NCBI GenBank assembly: GCA_963781885.1 | Contig: CAWAHW010000004.1 | Location: forward strand, 672,001-736,000 | Reading direction: 5' to 3' | DNA from: an uncultured Spirochaetota bacterium | Lineage (GTDB): Bacteria; Spirochaetota; Spirochaetia; SZUA-6; Fen-1364 | Length of the DNA stretch: 64,000 nt | Part shown: one piece after another, positions 42,376 to 52,899 of the stretch | How the letters are laid out: each line of letters begins with the position of its first letter | How positions within the stretch are numbered: the first letter of the stretch is position 1 | Notes under the pieces: model-generated | Seen by the model: the letters and a program-made list of their open reading frames with translations, nothing else | What the model was told of the DNA's origin: nothing | The model's database searches: none | Position numbers and translations under genes: made by a program

Positions 42376-43451
42376 ATGAAGAAGACGCTCCTTTCTTGCG
42401 CCGTGCTCGTTGCAATCATTTTCAGCTTTGTCGGCTGCTCCTCGCCAGGGGGAGAGAGAAGACGACAACGACGACAACGACGACACAGCCGAACACAACG
42501 GTCTACGTAGGCGGCGTTAACTCATCGGGAGCCGCAGGATTCTGGCATGGTGCCGTCGGCAGCAGTGACCCTAACTGGGTCACCTGCGATGCCAGCGGCG
42601 TCGGCCGAAGCGTCAACTCGATTGTAGTCTCAGGCACGACAGTCTACACATGTGGCACTGGCGCATCGGGAGCCGTCGGCTACTGGTATGGCGCAATAGG
42701 CAGCGCCACTCCCACCTGGGTCCCCTGCGATAGCAGCGGCAGTGCCAGTTCGATTGCAGTCTCGGGCACAACGGTCTACGTAGGAGGGGTGAACTCAGCG
42801 TATGCCGCGGGGTACTGGTATGGCACGGTCGGCAGTAGTAATCCCACCTGGGTTAACTGCGCAAGCGTCATCGTCGTCGGCCTCAGCAACGGCTACGTCA
42901 ATTCGATTGCACTCTCGGGCAGCACACTCTACGCAGGCGGCTATAGGCTAAATTGGGGCATCGGGTACTGGTATGGCCCAGCCGGCGGCGGCTCAAACTG
43001 GGTCACTTGCGCAAGCAGCGGCGGCGTCAGCTCGATTGCGATTTCAGGCACCACAGTCTACGCAGGAGGCGGGAACGCAGGGTATCCCGCTGGGTACTGG
43101 TATGGTGCAGCAGGCAGCCCATCATGGGTCACCTACGAGAGCAGCAGCGGCAGTGCCAGCTCGATTGCAGTCTCGGGCACAACGGTCTACGTAAGCGGCG
43201 TGAACGCATCGGGAGCCTCAGGGTACTGGCATGGCGCAACAGGCAGCACCACTCCCACTTGGGTCACCTGCGAGAGCAGCAGCGGCAGTGCCAACTCGAT
43301 TGCAGTCTCGGGCACAACGGTCTACGTATGCGGCATGAACGCGTCGGGAGCCTCAGGGTACTGGTATGGCACGGTCGGCAGTAGTAATCCCGCCTGGGTC
43401 CCCTGCGACATCGGCGGCAACGTCTACTCCATTGCAGTGGTAACCCAATAA
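42376..43451 (+). CDS. Beta-propeller repeat lipoprotein (frameshift at ~42450 between signal peptide and body)
   Basis: AAAGGAGA RBS, FVGC lipobox in one frame; Thr linker and 7 repeats of SIAVSGTTVY.GG...GYW.G....P.WV.C in another. Confidence 0.8.
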
Positions 43452-43562
43452 GAGGCGAGGTCAACCAATAAAGAGTGGCGCGGCATCAAAGAGGATGGAG
43501 GAGCAAGCCCCTCCCCTTTCATGAGCAACCCCTCTCCAGGGTAATGGCAAATCCTATGAGAG

Positions 43563-43931
43563 TTACCTTTCGATGGCCGATCGATCCGATCCAGTGCGGC
43601 TGGCATCCTTTGCGCGAAGGGGTTCCTGCACGAGCTGCTTCTGGACCGCGTCAACTGCGGCCTTATAGCCAACCCGCATGGATACTGCTTGCTCAAACTT
43701 CGACTGCGGCATTGACCATGCCTGTGAGCTTTCCATCATTTGAAGCTGATTTCGCATGAACTGAACGACATCCGTTCCTAGACGGACGGCCTTCCCCGCA
43801 TCCACTCTTGCCTGTTCAAGGCCTTTCTTCTGGGCGTCGTACAACGCTTGCATATGCGCCTGGCCCTCCCAAAGTTTCCTCCCTTCAGCGACTTTGCGTT
43901 CTACCTCAGCCAAGGCGTTCTGGAACTCCAT
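43563..43931 (-). CDS. Hypothetical helical protein
   Basis: AAAGGGGG RBS; last of four co-oriented ORFs. Confidence 0.6.
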   Translation of the reverse strand: MEFQNALAEVERKVAEGRKLWEGQAHMQALYDAQKKGLEQARVDAGKAVRLGTDVVQFMRNQLQMMESSQAWSMPQSKFEQAVSMRVGYKAAVDAVQKQLVQEPLRAKDASRTGSDRSAIER

Positions 43932-43944
43932 AGTCGTGCCCCCT

Positions 43945-44265
43945 TTAGGAAGAGCCCATCTTCTCAAGCTCGTGGAGTAGCTTGTAGTACCCGATGGAAA
44001 ACGCCATTCCCTTCTTGAACTTCACAGGATCCCCCCAAGGATTGGAATCCAACCAACGAAAATACCGTTGCTTCAAAGTCTGACAGATGAAGGCGTGATT
44101 GCAGCCCTTGCCCGCCAGCTTGTGAAGAGTCGTTAGGGCGTCTTCCAGCCCCTTCTTTTCGTAGCATTTGTATTCCCGATAGCAGTCGTCCGCGTCCTTC
44201 TCGAGTTCCGAGCTGGCATTGAACCGAAGCAGTGTCTCGAGTGCATCATAGAGGTACACCAACAT
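43945..44265 (-). CDS. Hypothetical protein
   Basis: AGGGGA RBS; tight operon spacing. Confidence 0.6.
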   Translation of the reverse strand: MLVYLYDALETLLRFNASSELEKDADDCYREYKCYEKKGLEDALTTLHKLAGKGCNHAFICQTLKQRYFRWLDSNPWGDPVKFKKGMAFSIGYYKLLHELEKMGSS

Positions 44266-44271
44266 CGTCCC

Positions 44272-44697
44272 CTATGCGAGAATCCGGCTTAGAAACACCT
44301 TGAGCGGCAACTGATCGAACGGGAATGATGAATGCTTGGTACTTCGAAGGGGCCATCTGCGACGAGCTTTTCTTTCGGCATCCAGCCAATTTGAAAAGAC
44401 ACTGCCCGACTCATCAAGATACCGGATCTTATGGTCTGGGCCTGCATCGTCCAAAAACAGAATCTTTACACCAGTTCGTGATTCCACAATCTCGCCCCAC
44501 CTCAGTCCGCCGTCGTACAGCACGACGCCGCGGCCGTTCGGGTATGTAACAAGGGCTCCGAACTGCTCGCCATGTGGAATCACCGTGCCAGCCTCACAGC
44601 CGCCTATGTTCATGGCTATTCCTGTCCAATCTTCAGCCGTTTCCGCTTCGGGGGTGGGAGCAGACAGTTCTTCCGCCGGAGTTCGATGAAAGATCAT
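44272..44697 (-). CDS. Hypothetical protein
   Basis: 141-aa ORF ending 6 bp before the next start. Confidence 0.55.
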   Translation of the reverse strand: MIFHRTPAEELSAPTPEAETAEDWTGIAMNIGGCEAGTVIPHGEQFGALVTYPNGRGVVLYDGGLRWGEIVESRTGVKILFLDDAGPDHKIRYLDESGSVFSNWLDAERKARRRWPLRSTKHSSFPFDQLPLKVFLSRILA

Positions 44698-44735
44698 CCG
44701 GTACTGCCCGTCAAAAGTTGAGGATCGGTTCGCCT

Positions 44736-45095
44736 TTAAGGAAATGCACCACGGCCCAGAACAACCATGGCGCTCGCCAGTACGTCATTCCAACGATGAA
44801 AGCGAGCGGGATCAGGATCTCTATCAGGCCAAGGAAGATCCGTCCGAGCAAGTGGCCCCAAGTTGGTCCAGTGTAGGGATTCTGGATGGTGATTCTTCCC
44901 GGCTCGTTTGTAGGCAGAATGGCGACTCATCGCCACGGAGTTCCCACCACCTGGGCCAAAGTGACGTAGAGTCGCTTGCCCATCAGCTTTGGCAGGGGGC
45001 GGCAATACGCCATCAGCGGGTTCCCGGGGTTTCACAGATAGTTCGTCCAGTTCAGCGTGATTCTTTTCCGTTTCGTTCATGACCGAGAGCTCCAT
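44736..45095 (-). CDS. Hypothetical protein
   Basis: CCAGGAGG RBS downstream of a consensus promoter. Confidence 0.55.
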   Translation of the reverse strand: MELSVMNETEKNHAELDELSVKPREPADGVLPPPAKADGQATLRHFGPGGGNSVAMSRHSAYKRAGKNHHPESLHWTNLGPLARTDLPWPDRDPDPARFHRWNDVLASAMVVLGRGAFP

Positions 45096-45192
45096 CTTCG
45101 AACCCTCCTGGTATCCTAACCTTTTCCGCGGGTTTCTCTTGTCGGACAGCAAGCATGAAGTGCATCTTCGCCAAACTTGCCATGCAGAATAT

Positions 45193-45221
45193 ATTATATC
45201 CGATTGCTTTATATTTGTCAA
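45193..45221 (-). promoter_or_regulatory. Perfect consensus sigma70 promoter
   Basis: Minus strand reads TTGACA-aatataaagcaatcgga (17 bp)-TATAAT. Confidence 0.85.
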
Positions 45222-46646
45222 ATGCAATTCTATAGCGAGTGCAGACTATCTGTGCTGACTTGTCGAGTTTCGAACAGCACGGGTGCCCAGATCGCTTTCT
45301 AGCGAGATCTGCACATCTCCTTACGCCCTTTTTCAAAAGAGCCACGCTCGGGAACGGCAAAACGTATTTGCTGAGACCGCCATATCAGTTTCCCAGTTAT
45401 AGTCAACGAGCGGCATCTTAGAGCCTGTGCGAACGGCTTGTCTCGCTGCACTGCAAACGTTACGGCATTCGCGAAGTCACGCATGTGCCCCAAGGCTTTC
45501 ACGAAAGCATCGGTCATCCATTCTCCCATCACTTTGTTGGCCACGCCCGGTCCGAGGTGTGATGATTGGAATCAGCGCAATTGCTGTCGTGTCCCCTCAG
45601 GTCTTCCTGCGTGCCTTGCTTACGCATAAAAAAAGGAGAGGTTCTTCTCTTGGGCGATGCCCACCGTGCTCGTCGACCCCTCCATGACAGACCCCTCCAT
45701 GATAGGTTGACAAGGAGTAGACCGTCACTATCAAATGATCCTGTACTTGATAAAGTGGTTTTTATAAGGAAGGAATAGATGCCGAGCGAACCGCATCTTG
45801 AACACCAGACGTTGCCAATCAAGCAGCTAGTTGAGGACTACAGAACTGGTCGCATAGTAATCCCAGAGTTCCAACGAGAGTACGTTTGGCGACCGGGCAA
45901 GGCTGCTAAGTTGATTGATTCCCTTTACCGAGGATTTCCGATTTCCTCTTTACTGCTATGGCAAAGCAACGAAGAAACAAGAGCTCGTAGGGCATATCCG
46001 CGACCTCAACGATCGCCTTTGATAAACTGGCTAATTGACGGTCAGCAAAGGATAATAACTCTTTCGCGAGCGTTGAATGGAGATGAGGGAATCGACGTTG
46101 TTCTTCATCCGGAGCACGACGAATTTCGACTTGCGAATGCAGTCACGCGCAAAGATCCAAGCTGGTTCCGGGTCTCGGAGCTTTGGGATGACAGCATTTA
46201 CCGCAAGGTCAGGCACAACATAGACGGTAGAGTTGACAGTGCCAAGATAGAAGAAAAATTTGACAACGTCCGGAAAATTCTGGACTACGCTATACCCCTG
46301 GTCCGCATGGTAGACCATAGCTTCGATAACGCGGTGAACGCTTTTACTCGAATCAATACTTTAGGCGTTCGATTAAAGGCAGAGGATATCGAAAGTGCCA
46401 AAATTGCAGCGCGCCATTCGGGATTTGTTGCCGATGAAGTCGCACCCTTCCTTCATAAGCTGCACCAGCAAGGATTTCGAAGATTGAACATCATGCACCT
46501 TTTTCGTGCCTGCGCCTTTGTAGCTACGCCTGACGGTCGCAATCGAACGCCGCTCCACGAAATGAAGAAGCAAGAAGTGCTCTCAGCGTGGAAGAAGACG
46601 GAAATAGCAACTGAGAAGGCGATCGGACTTGTCAGGAGCGAGCTAG

Positions 46647-48390
46647 CCCGCATTTCTCACACCTATTATCTTGCAGATGCTGTTTGACTGGCCTGATCGA
46701 GAGATTCTTCGTTATTGGTGCGCAATAGGGCTGTTCCGAGGACCATCGGTGGCTGATTGAGAGAACGGAATTAAGACGTCGTTAGTGTATGCATAGCCCC
46801 AACTGGCTTTGTAGTTGGTTTTGGGCATACCTCTCCCTGAAAGCGACCTTTTCAATGCGCGCCAAGTGGGATTACTTCAACACTGCAAGCGATACGCCCG
46901 CTGAAGGTTTTCAAGAATTGTTCCAAACAGGATCTGATCGGGATAGCCGCTGGCCATGCTGATCGAAACTCGCCGCACGCTCAGGCGAACCTGCGCTCCG
47001 ATCTTCAGTAGCTTAAGCCGCATGGTTTGGCAGGTGGCTTCTGCCATTCGAGTTCCCCGAAGGCCAACACTGCGCAGTTCGTTCATGATCACGTAGGCCA
47101 GAGAGGAGAACCACAAGCGTATTTGATTCGCTCTCATCGTGGCCGAGCTTGTTCTGTCGGCAAACAGATACAATTGCTGTTCCTTGATTCGGTTTTCCAT
47201 TTCTCCACGCGCGCAGTAGATCTTTTCGTAGAGCTCCTGAGCCTGGTATTCCTCAGAGCTGAGGTTGGTAACGACGAAGCGAGGGTTCTCTCCCTTGTCC
47301 ATGTACTCCGCTTTGCCCACCACCCTTCGGCTTCGAGTCCAGCTACTGCGCGTGCGGTAGGAGAACTGGATGAACCGTCGGGATGCCCTACCCGTGGTGG
47401 CCCAATCTCGCTTGGCTTTCTTCATCGGGCGGGTGAGCTTCTTCAGGAGGCGCTTGTTTTTCGCCAGTCCCAGCAGGTATTTCACTCCATGCGTCTCGCA
47501 CCATTCCATCAGCGCCTCTCGGCAGAAGCCGCTGTCACCTCTGAGCAGGATCTTCACCAGCGGCCACTTGTGACGGATAACCTTTACTAGCCTTTCCAGC
47601 ACCTGCACGGATCCCGCGCTGGCGTCGATGTCGGCTTTCCTCAACTGCGCCCACAAAAGGTGGTCCCCGCAAAAGACATACAGGGGCAGATAGCAATAGC
47701 AGTCGTAGTATCCATGGAAGAACCGCCCCTCCTGATTGCCGTGAAGCGGGTCGTCGGTAGCGTCAAAGTCCAGAACCAACATTTCAGGCGGCTTCTTGGT
47801 GATACGAACGAAGGTATTCACGAAGAACTCTTCCAGTTCTTCCATCTCGGCGATGATCTTCTTGTATCGGGGTCGCTTGCTCAGAAGGCTGCCAGCAGTC
47901 TCCAGCCGATTGAGGGTACTCTTTCCAGCAAGAGCCTTGCCGCGATCGCGTGCATCCCGTCTATTCTTGCCCTCCACATCCTGCTTGCCGCACAACAGTG
48001 CCAGAAGGGGGTCGGCACGCAGCAGGTCATGATCGTTGAGGTCCTCGTTTCCAAAGCACAACCCATAGGTGCGCTGCGCGACCAGTTCCGCCACACTGTG
48101 TTCGACGAAGCGAGGCTTTCGCAAGTCGATGAAGCATGATGCAAACCGCGAGATGAACTGCTGACCAAATTCGATTTCCCGCAAGAGCAGCCCCCCGGCG
48201 TCGGATGTGATGTGGCCGCCATCGAATGCCGAGATGACCTTCCTGCTTCTCCATATCTTGAAATGAGAACTGCTTTGAAATACAGTGTGTCCGCATCGTT
48301 TGGCCTTTCTGTTTCTCGGTATTTTGTTTGTGGCAAAACATTTATACCGGAACGAAAGGCCATTTTCAATTCAGGTGTGAGAAATGCGGG
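46647..48390 (-). mobile_element. IS1380-family insertion sequence, 1744 bp
   Basis: 18-bp TIRs cccgcatttctcacacct / aggtgtgagaaatgcggg; CTAG duplication at 46643-46646 and 48391-48394. Confidence 0.93.
46877..48296 (-). CDS. IS1380-family DDE transposase (frameshift near 48250)
   Basis: ITSDAGGLLL, LDFDATDDPLHGNQEGRFFHGYY, RGDSGF, YCARGEMENRIKE. Confidence 0.92.
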
Positions 48391-49202
48391 CTAGGTCTTG
48401 TGGACATGAATATCCTCTGGTCCGGCGCGTTAATTGTTCCTTTGATAGCGACTTGCGCTACCATGTCGCCGCGCGACCTTGAGTCTAGGGAACTCGCCGG
48501 TTGGCTGTCGCTTGCCGCTCTTTGCCATCGATACAGCGGCGCAAGCGAGTACGCACTTGAGCAGGACTTGCGCGCATGTCGCAGCTCGGACCCCGTTGGT
48601 TCGCTCCTCACCAATTTAAGGATCATTCGCTCGCTCATAGCGCAGCCAAAAGACTTTTCTGGCGCGCTTGGAGACCGAGGTGGTATACTTGCACTTTATG
48701 TGGCTTGCATGAATCGGGGCTTGCGCGATTTCTATACCGGCGGCAAAATCCTGCTTCAAGGAAATGTCGATCAGCACCATATTCTCCCGCGTGCACAGTT
48801 TCCAAACACGAAGCGCTCCTTTGCAGACAACGTTGCAAATATCGCATTTATTACTGGCGCGGTTAACAAATCAATAGGATTGACCGGGCCCAAGGTGTAC
48901 CTAAAATCCATCAAGGCGCCAATTCTGAGAAGCCAGTGCATACCCGTAGACGATCGCCTATGGAGGATCAACCAAGCCGAGCTTTTCTGGAGAGCCCGAC
49001 GAGTACTTCTTGCGGATTCATTCAATGAGTATATTCGGAAGTCGCTCCCTCAGCGCCATCTCTGAAGGAGGCTGATACTCACATCAAGAAGAACTCTCTT
49101 CTATGTTGGATGATTCTTTGCACAGATAACTCTATCTTGTAAAGCAAGAACCCGTGCGGACCATTTTGGCGGCAGTAGGCGTTGGCGCATTGGAGCGTGA
49201 GA

Positions 49203-50173
49203 ATGGGTCCAGAACCGTTTGATCAATACAACCGCGAATCTGAAGTTGAGTTGGGCGGCGACAGGTATTTGGTGCGTGACAACGGTGCGGTGTACCGCTG
49301 GCTCAGGCCGGGTCGTCGGAGGAGCCGCTTCGACGAAACCTGGACATTTGGAAGACGAGACAAGGTGACGGGATATATGCACATTGGGACTCAGTTCGTT
49401 CACCGTATTGTCGCCTTTGCCTTTCTCGGTCGCCCTCCTTCCGACAAGCATGTTGTAGATCACATTGACACGAATGGCAGCAACAACCGTCCTGAGAACT
49501 TGCGTTGGGCAACCCGGCTGGAAAACGTGCTACGTCACCCAAGCACGCGCAAGGCGATCATCCTCGCCTACGGATCTCTTGGAGAAATTCTTTGAGGACC
49601 CCAGTGCGGCCACCGGGCTCGACCGAGGCATAGAATGGCTGCATTCTGTTTCGAAGGAGGAGGCCGAAGGCAGTCGGCGGAAACTCCAAGAGTGGGCGGA
49701 ATCCGATGGACGCCCCAAAGGCGAGGCTCTGGTCAGCAGGGTGTATGGCATTCGCCAGCCAAGCCCTCCTATTCCAAAGACAGTGCCGGACAGAGAATCA
49801 TTTCACTCCTCTCGCCCTGCAACGCCGATGGAAGACGCCGACGGCCTTTCCAAGTTGCCCCAGCGCACTCGGGCCGCACCCGCTAGCGGAGTACTTGCAG
49901 AACCTAAGTTCGGGTTCTGTCTTCACACGCGATGCGTATAAAGAAACTTCAGTAGTAGTGGCCGAACTTGGCAACGAACTGCTCAGTGTACTAGTGAGGT
50001 CAGGTAACGAGGACCCGGTAAAGCCGTTTGCCGTTACCAAGATCACAGTTGAAGACGGGAAGTTCGTGCACGAGGCCGTCGGCACGTTCTTCGACCTGGA
50101 TAGCGCAAAGCGGGCTTGCTTCGAGTTGCTTGGTATTGCGCCCCCGGGACAGATAGTTGACGATCGCCTTTAG
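49203..50173 (+). CDS. HNH endonuclease domain protein (frameshifts at ~49580 and ~49795)
   Basis: VHRIVAFAF...VDHIDTNGSNNRPENLRW; continues in two further frames. Confidence 0.75.
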
Positions 50174-50327
50174 GGGCCGCAACTTGCATCTATCGTTTGG
50201 ACCTCTCCGCCTTAACGCCTTATTTGGGTGTCAATTTGGTTCGCAGGAACTGGCAACTTGGTTTCTGATTCGGGGCAGGAGGTCAACTCCATGTTAGAAG
50301 GCGCAAATTCTGTGGGTGGAAGTGACA

Positions 50328-51453
50328 GTGAGTGAACCGTCAGACGAGTTCCAGGAGATCGCACACTGCGGCGGGAAGTTTTACGTCGACGTGCGCACAG
50401 CCCATGACGGCCACAGGCAGGCCGCATTTGGCGTGCGACACTCACGTCCTACTCCCGCAGCGTACTTCGGGATTTACGTTCTCCCGCAGGGGATTCCGAT
50501 AGGTACTTATGACCTTTTCGGCGAACCAAGGTCGCCATCTTCCGACGCCTTCCCGGTTTTCATCGGTGCTGATGCCAGGCAGATGTTCGGCCGTCAGTGT
50601 CCCGTGTGCAAAGGCTACTGGCGTTCAAGCGCTTCTCCCGAACGCTGGCCCATGACATGCGCCTACTGCGCCTTCAAGTCATCAACCCATGTCTTTTTAA
50701 CGGCAGACCAGCGGCGGTACATTCAGGCTTGCAGCGAATTGGTCCTGAAAGCGCTTGATAGTGACAAAAACGGCGAGTCCGTAATCGACATGGATGACGT
50801 CGCGGATGCGATAGGTAAGGAGGCGGCCAAGCCGCCTCTTTACTATTCGGAGCGAAGCCAACAGAACAACTTCAAGTGTCACGGATGTGGTTCCAAGACC
50901 GATATTCTAGGCCGCTATGGCTACTGCTGCAATTGTGGCATGCACAACGGCCTCAACGAACTCATCAAGGTGGTGGGCCAGGTTAGGGCTACCATCGCCT
51001 CTCCGGCGGATTACATCGCATGCCTGAAGCGCATTGTCTCCGAATTTGACAGCTATGCACGGCAGATCAAGACAACTATGTCTCCGAATCCCCATGACGC
51101 CTCGTCGCAGGTCTGAGTGGGAACGGAAGCTGTTCCATAACCTGCTGCAGCGGGCTGAGGAGCTAAAGATCGCATTCGATATAGATATCCTCAAGGGTAT
51201 TTCGGTTGACGATCAGGCCTTTGGGTCTCGCATGTTCATGCGTCGTCATGTGTACGAGCACAACGGTGGCGAAGCAGACGAAAAGTACATCGCCGAGAGT
51301 GGAGACACTTCCGTGAAGCTAAAACAGGCTCTCCGAGAGACGCAGGAATCCTCAAACAAACTTGCTGAACTCATCGCAAGGATCGGCGCTAACCTCCACA
51401 ACGGGTTTCACTCCATCTTTCCCATTGAGAAGCGGGCCGACAAGGTGTCATGA
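50328..51453 (+). CDS. Multi-Zn-ribbon protein with C-terminal HEPN-like RxxxxH motif (frameshift at ~51070)
   Basis: CPVC, CAYC, CHGC, CCNC; RHVYEHNGG. Confidence 0.7.
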
Positions 51454-51463
51454 TCTACGCGCC

Positions 51464-51579
51464 ATCTAGCAAATCGCTGAAGCATTTCGCGAAGACGCCA
51501 GATAGCCGATGGAGCGCAATCCGGGCGAACTGTTGACTTGGTTGTTGGTTCGGCGTGTCTGCTTAGCTCTATGCTATTT
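51464..51579 (+). other. Degenerate integron attC-like site
   Basis: atctagc-aaatc-gctgaagc ... gcttagc-tctat-gctattt: R''-5-L''(8) / L'(7)-5-R' geometry, 116 bp, right after a stop codon. Confidence 0.55.
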
Positions 51580-51679
51580 TTGCTCAGAGCGTTCGTGAGC
51601 ATCACGTTGCGTAGGATTGGGGTAAGTGGTAGCGTTTACTGAGAAGGAACTATCGTGGGGGACTCATCCATCCAACAAG

Positions 51680-52555
51680 ATGCAAGCATTCCGAAATTTC
51701 CTGAGTTCACTGAAGCGGAGATCGAAGGGCTGCAGTCTATGCGGGATCCCATGCCAGTCTTCTACAAGTGGTATAAGTATGTCTGCCAAGATCTGCCGCT
51801 TTGTCGTCTCCATTGAGAGAGACTCCCCGGCATTCCGAAGTGTCCCTTCACTGCATTACGCAGTCCTCGTGGGCCTCCTAAACAGGTGCTCTCGACTAAT
51901 GCTGTCTTGCCTCAAGTTATCGCAAGAAGGTTACTATGGCGAAACAACCTCTATTCTCGATCGCTGCATATTTGAGTCCGCCGTGAAGACAATGTGGCTG
52001 TGCGCGATTGGCACAGAGGATGCGTTCAGACGGTTTGTAGCGGACGGCCTAAAGACGCAGCTTCTCTACAAGCAGATGGTTGAAGACCATATTACGGATC
52101 AAGGTGGCAAGACTACACGCATGGACCAGACCACACTCGCCTCGATCGCAAGATACTTCACCGAAGTTGGAATTAGCGAGGATGAGGTCCGAACCATCCC
52201 AAAGATGCCCGATGAAGCTTCCATCATTCGGAAACTCGGGTTCCACGACATGTTCTATCTTGCAGGGCAGAGAATCGGCTCCCATCACGTTCATGGATCT
52301 TGGCCGAGCCTAATCTATCACTACGTTGGGATGAGGAACGGCGAATTCTACCCCAAGGATCACAGGAGCGAGCCGCACGTTAATCAGTTCTATTTCACAT
52401 CTCGCATCGTACTGTCTGCCTGCATGTCCTATGTGGAATACATGATCCCGCTGCCTTCTGATCGGAAGGCAATAGGTAACATCCTTAAGTACGCCCGAAG
52501 GGAGTTGGATAAGCTCCTGGCCAGCATTAGTGCAGCTGAAATGGTGCAAATCTAA
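51680..52555 (+). CDS. DUF5677-like (HEPN-related) protein (frameshifts near 5' end)
   Basis: ILDRCIFES and GSHHVHG motifs in an all-helical protein. Confidence 0.65.
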   Translation: MQAFRNFLSSLKRRSKGCSLCGIPCQSSTSGISMSAKICRFVVSIERDSPAFRSVPSLHYAVLVGLLNRCSRLMLSCLKLSQEGYYGETTSILDRCIFESAVKTMWLCAIGTEDAFRRFVADGLKTQLLYKQMVEDHITDQGGKTTRMDQTTLASIARYFTEVGISEDEVRTIPKMPDEASIIRKLGFHDMFYLAGQRIGSHHVHGSWPSLIYHYVGMRNGEFYPKDHRSEPHVNQFYFTSRIVLSACMSYVEYMIPLPSDRKAIGNILKYARRELDKLLASISAAEMVQI

Positions 52556-52665
52556 CAAGCCAATTGAAGGATTTATCGATAAAAGCATATAACGACATGT
52601 CATGCTGAAGCAAAATCGACGCTGTTGACGTCGGAGGCCGTTGCACGGCGGAGAGCAAGGGGGTC

Positions 52666-52899
52666 ATGTCAATGGACGTAGAGGTGAACGCCATACGGGA
52701 GTCCGACCTTCGGAAATTCCTGCTCGGTACCGACCTCCACGAGCGGATTGAGTCCGGCCTTGCCAGATGCAAGATATGCGGGAGTACCGTTCGCTGGGAC
52801 GATATCGGGGCAGTGCGGATCGAGGGCGGTGCACCCGTTGTTGTCTGCTCGAATGGCGACTGTCTTGTTGTGGCGGGGGCAAAGCAAAGAGATGGATGA
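52666..52899 (+). CDS. Small Zn-finger-like protein
   Basis: CKIC...CSNGDC; AAGGGGG RBS; overlaps the next start. Confidence 0.7.
   Translation: MSMDVEVNAIRESDLRKFLLGTDLHERIESGLARCKICGSTVRWDDIGAVRIEGGAPVVVCSNGDCLVVAGAKQRDG

Larger units (their letters stand above)
45779..49065 (+). pseudogene. GmrSD-like (DUF262 plus HNH/DUF1524-like) type IV restriction protein interrupted by IS
   Basis: IPEFQREYVW, LIDGQQR, FTRINT; C-half DQHHILP...N.AN; removing the IS and one CTAG restores a 512-aa frame (SEL|GLVDM). Confidence 0.85.

Noticed and set aside
42480-43451. Diversity-generating retroelement TR/VR pair
   Set aside because: The repeats are in-frame propeller blades, the differences are not confined to adenines, and no reverse transcriptase is present.
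45400-45470. Additional attC-like site (…ctgcaaacgttacggc)
   Set aside because: There is no convincing complementary left arm.
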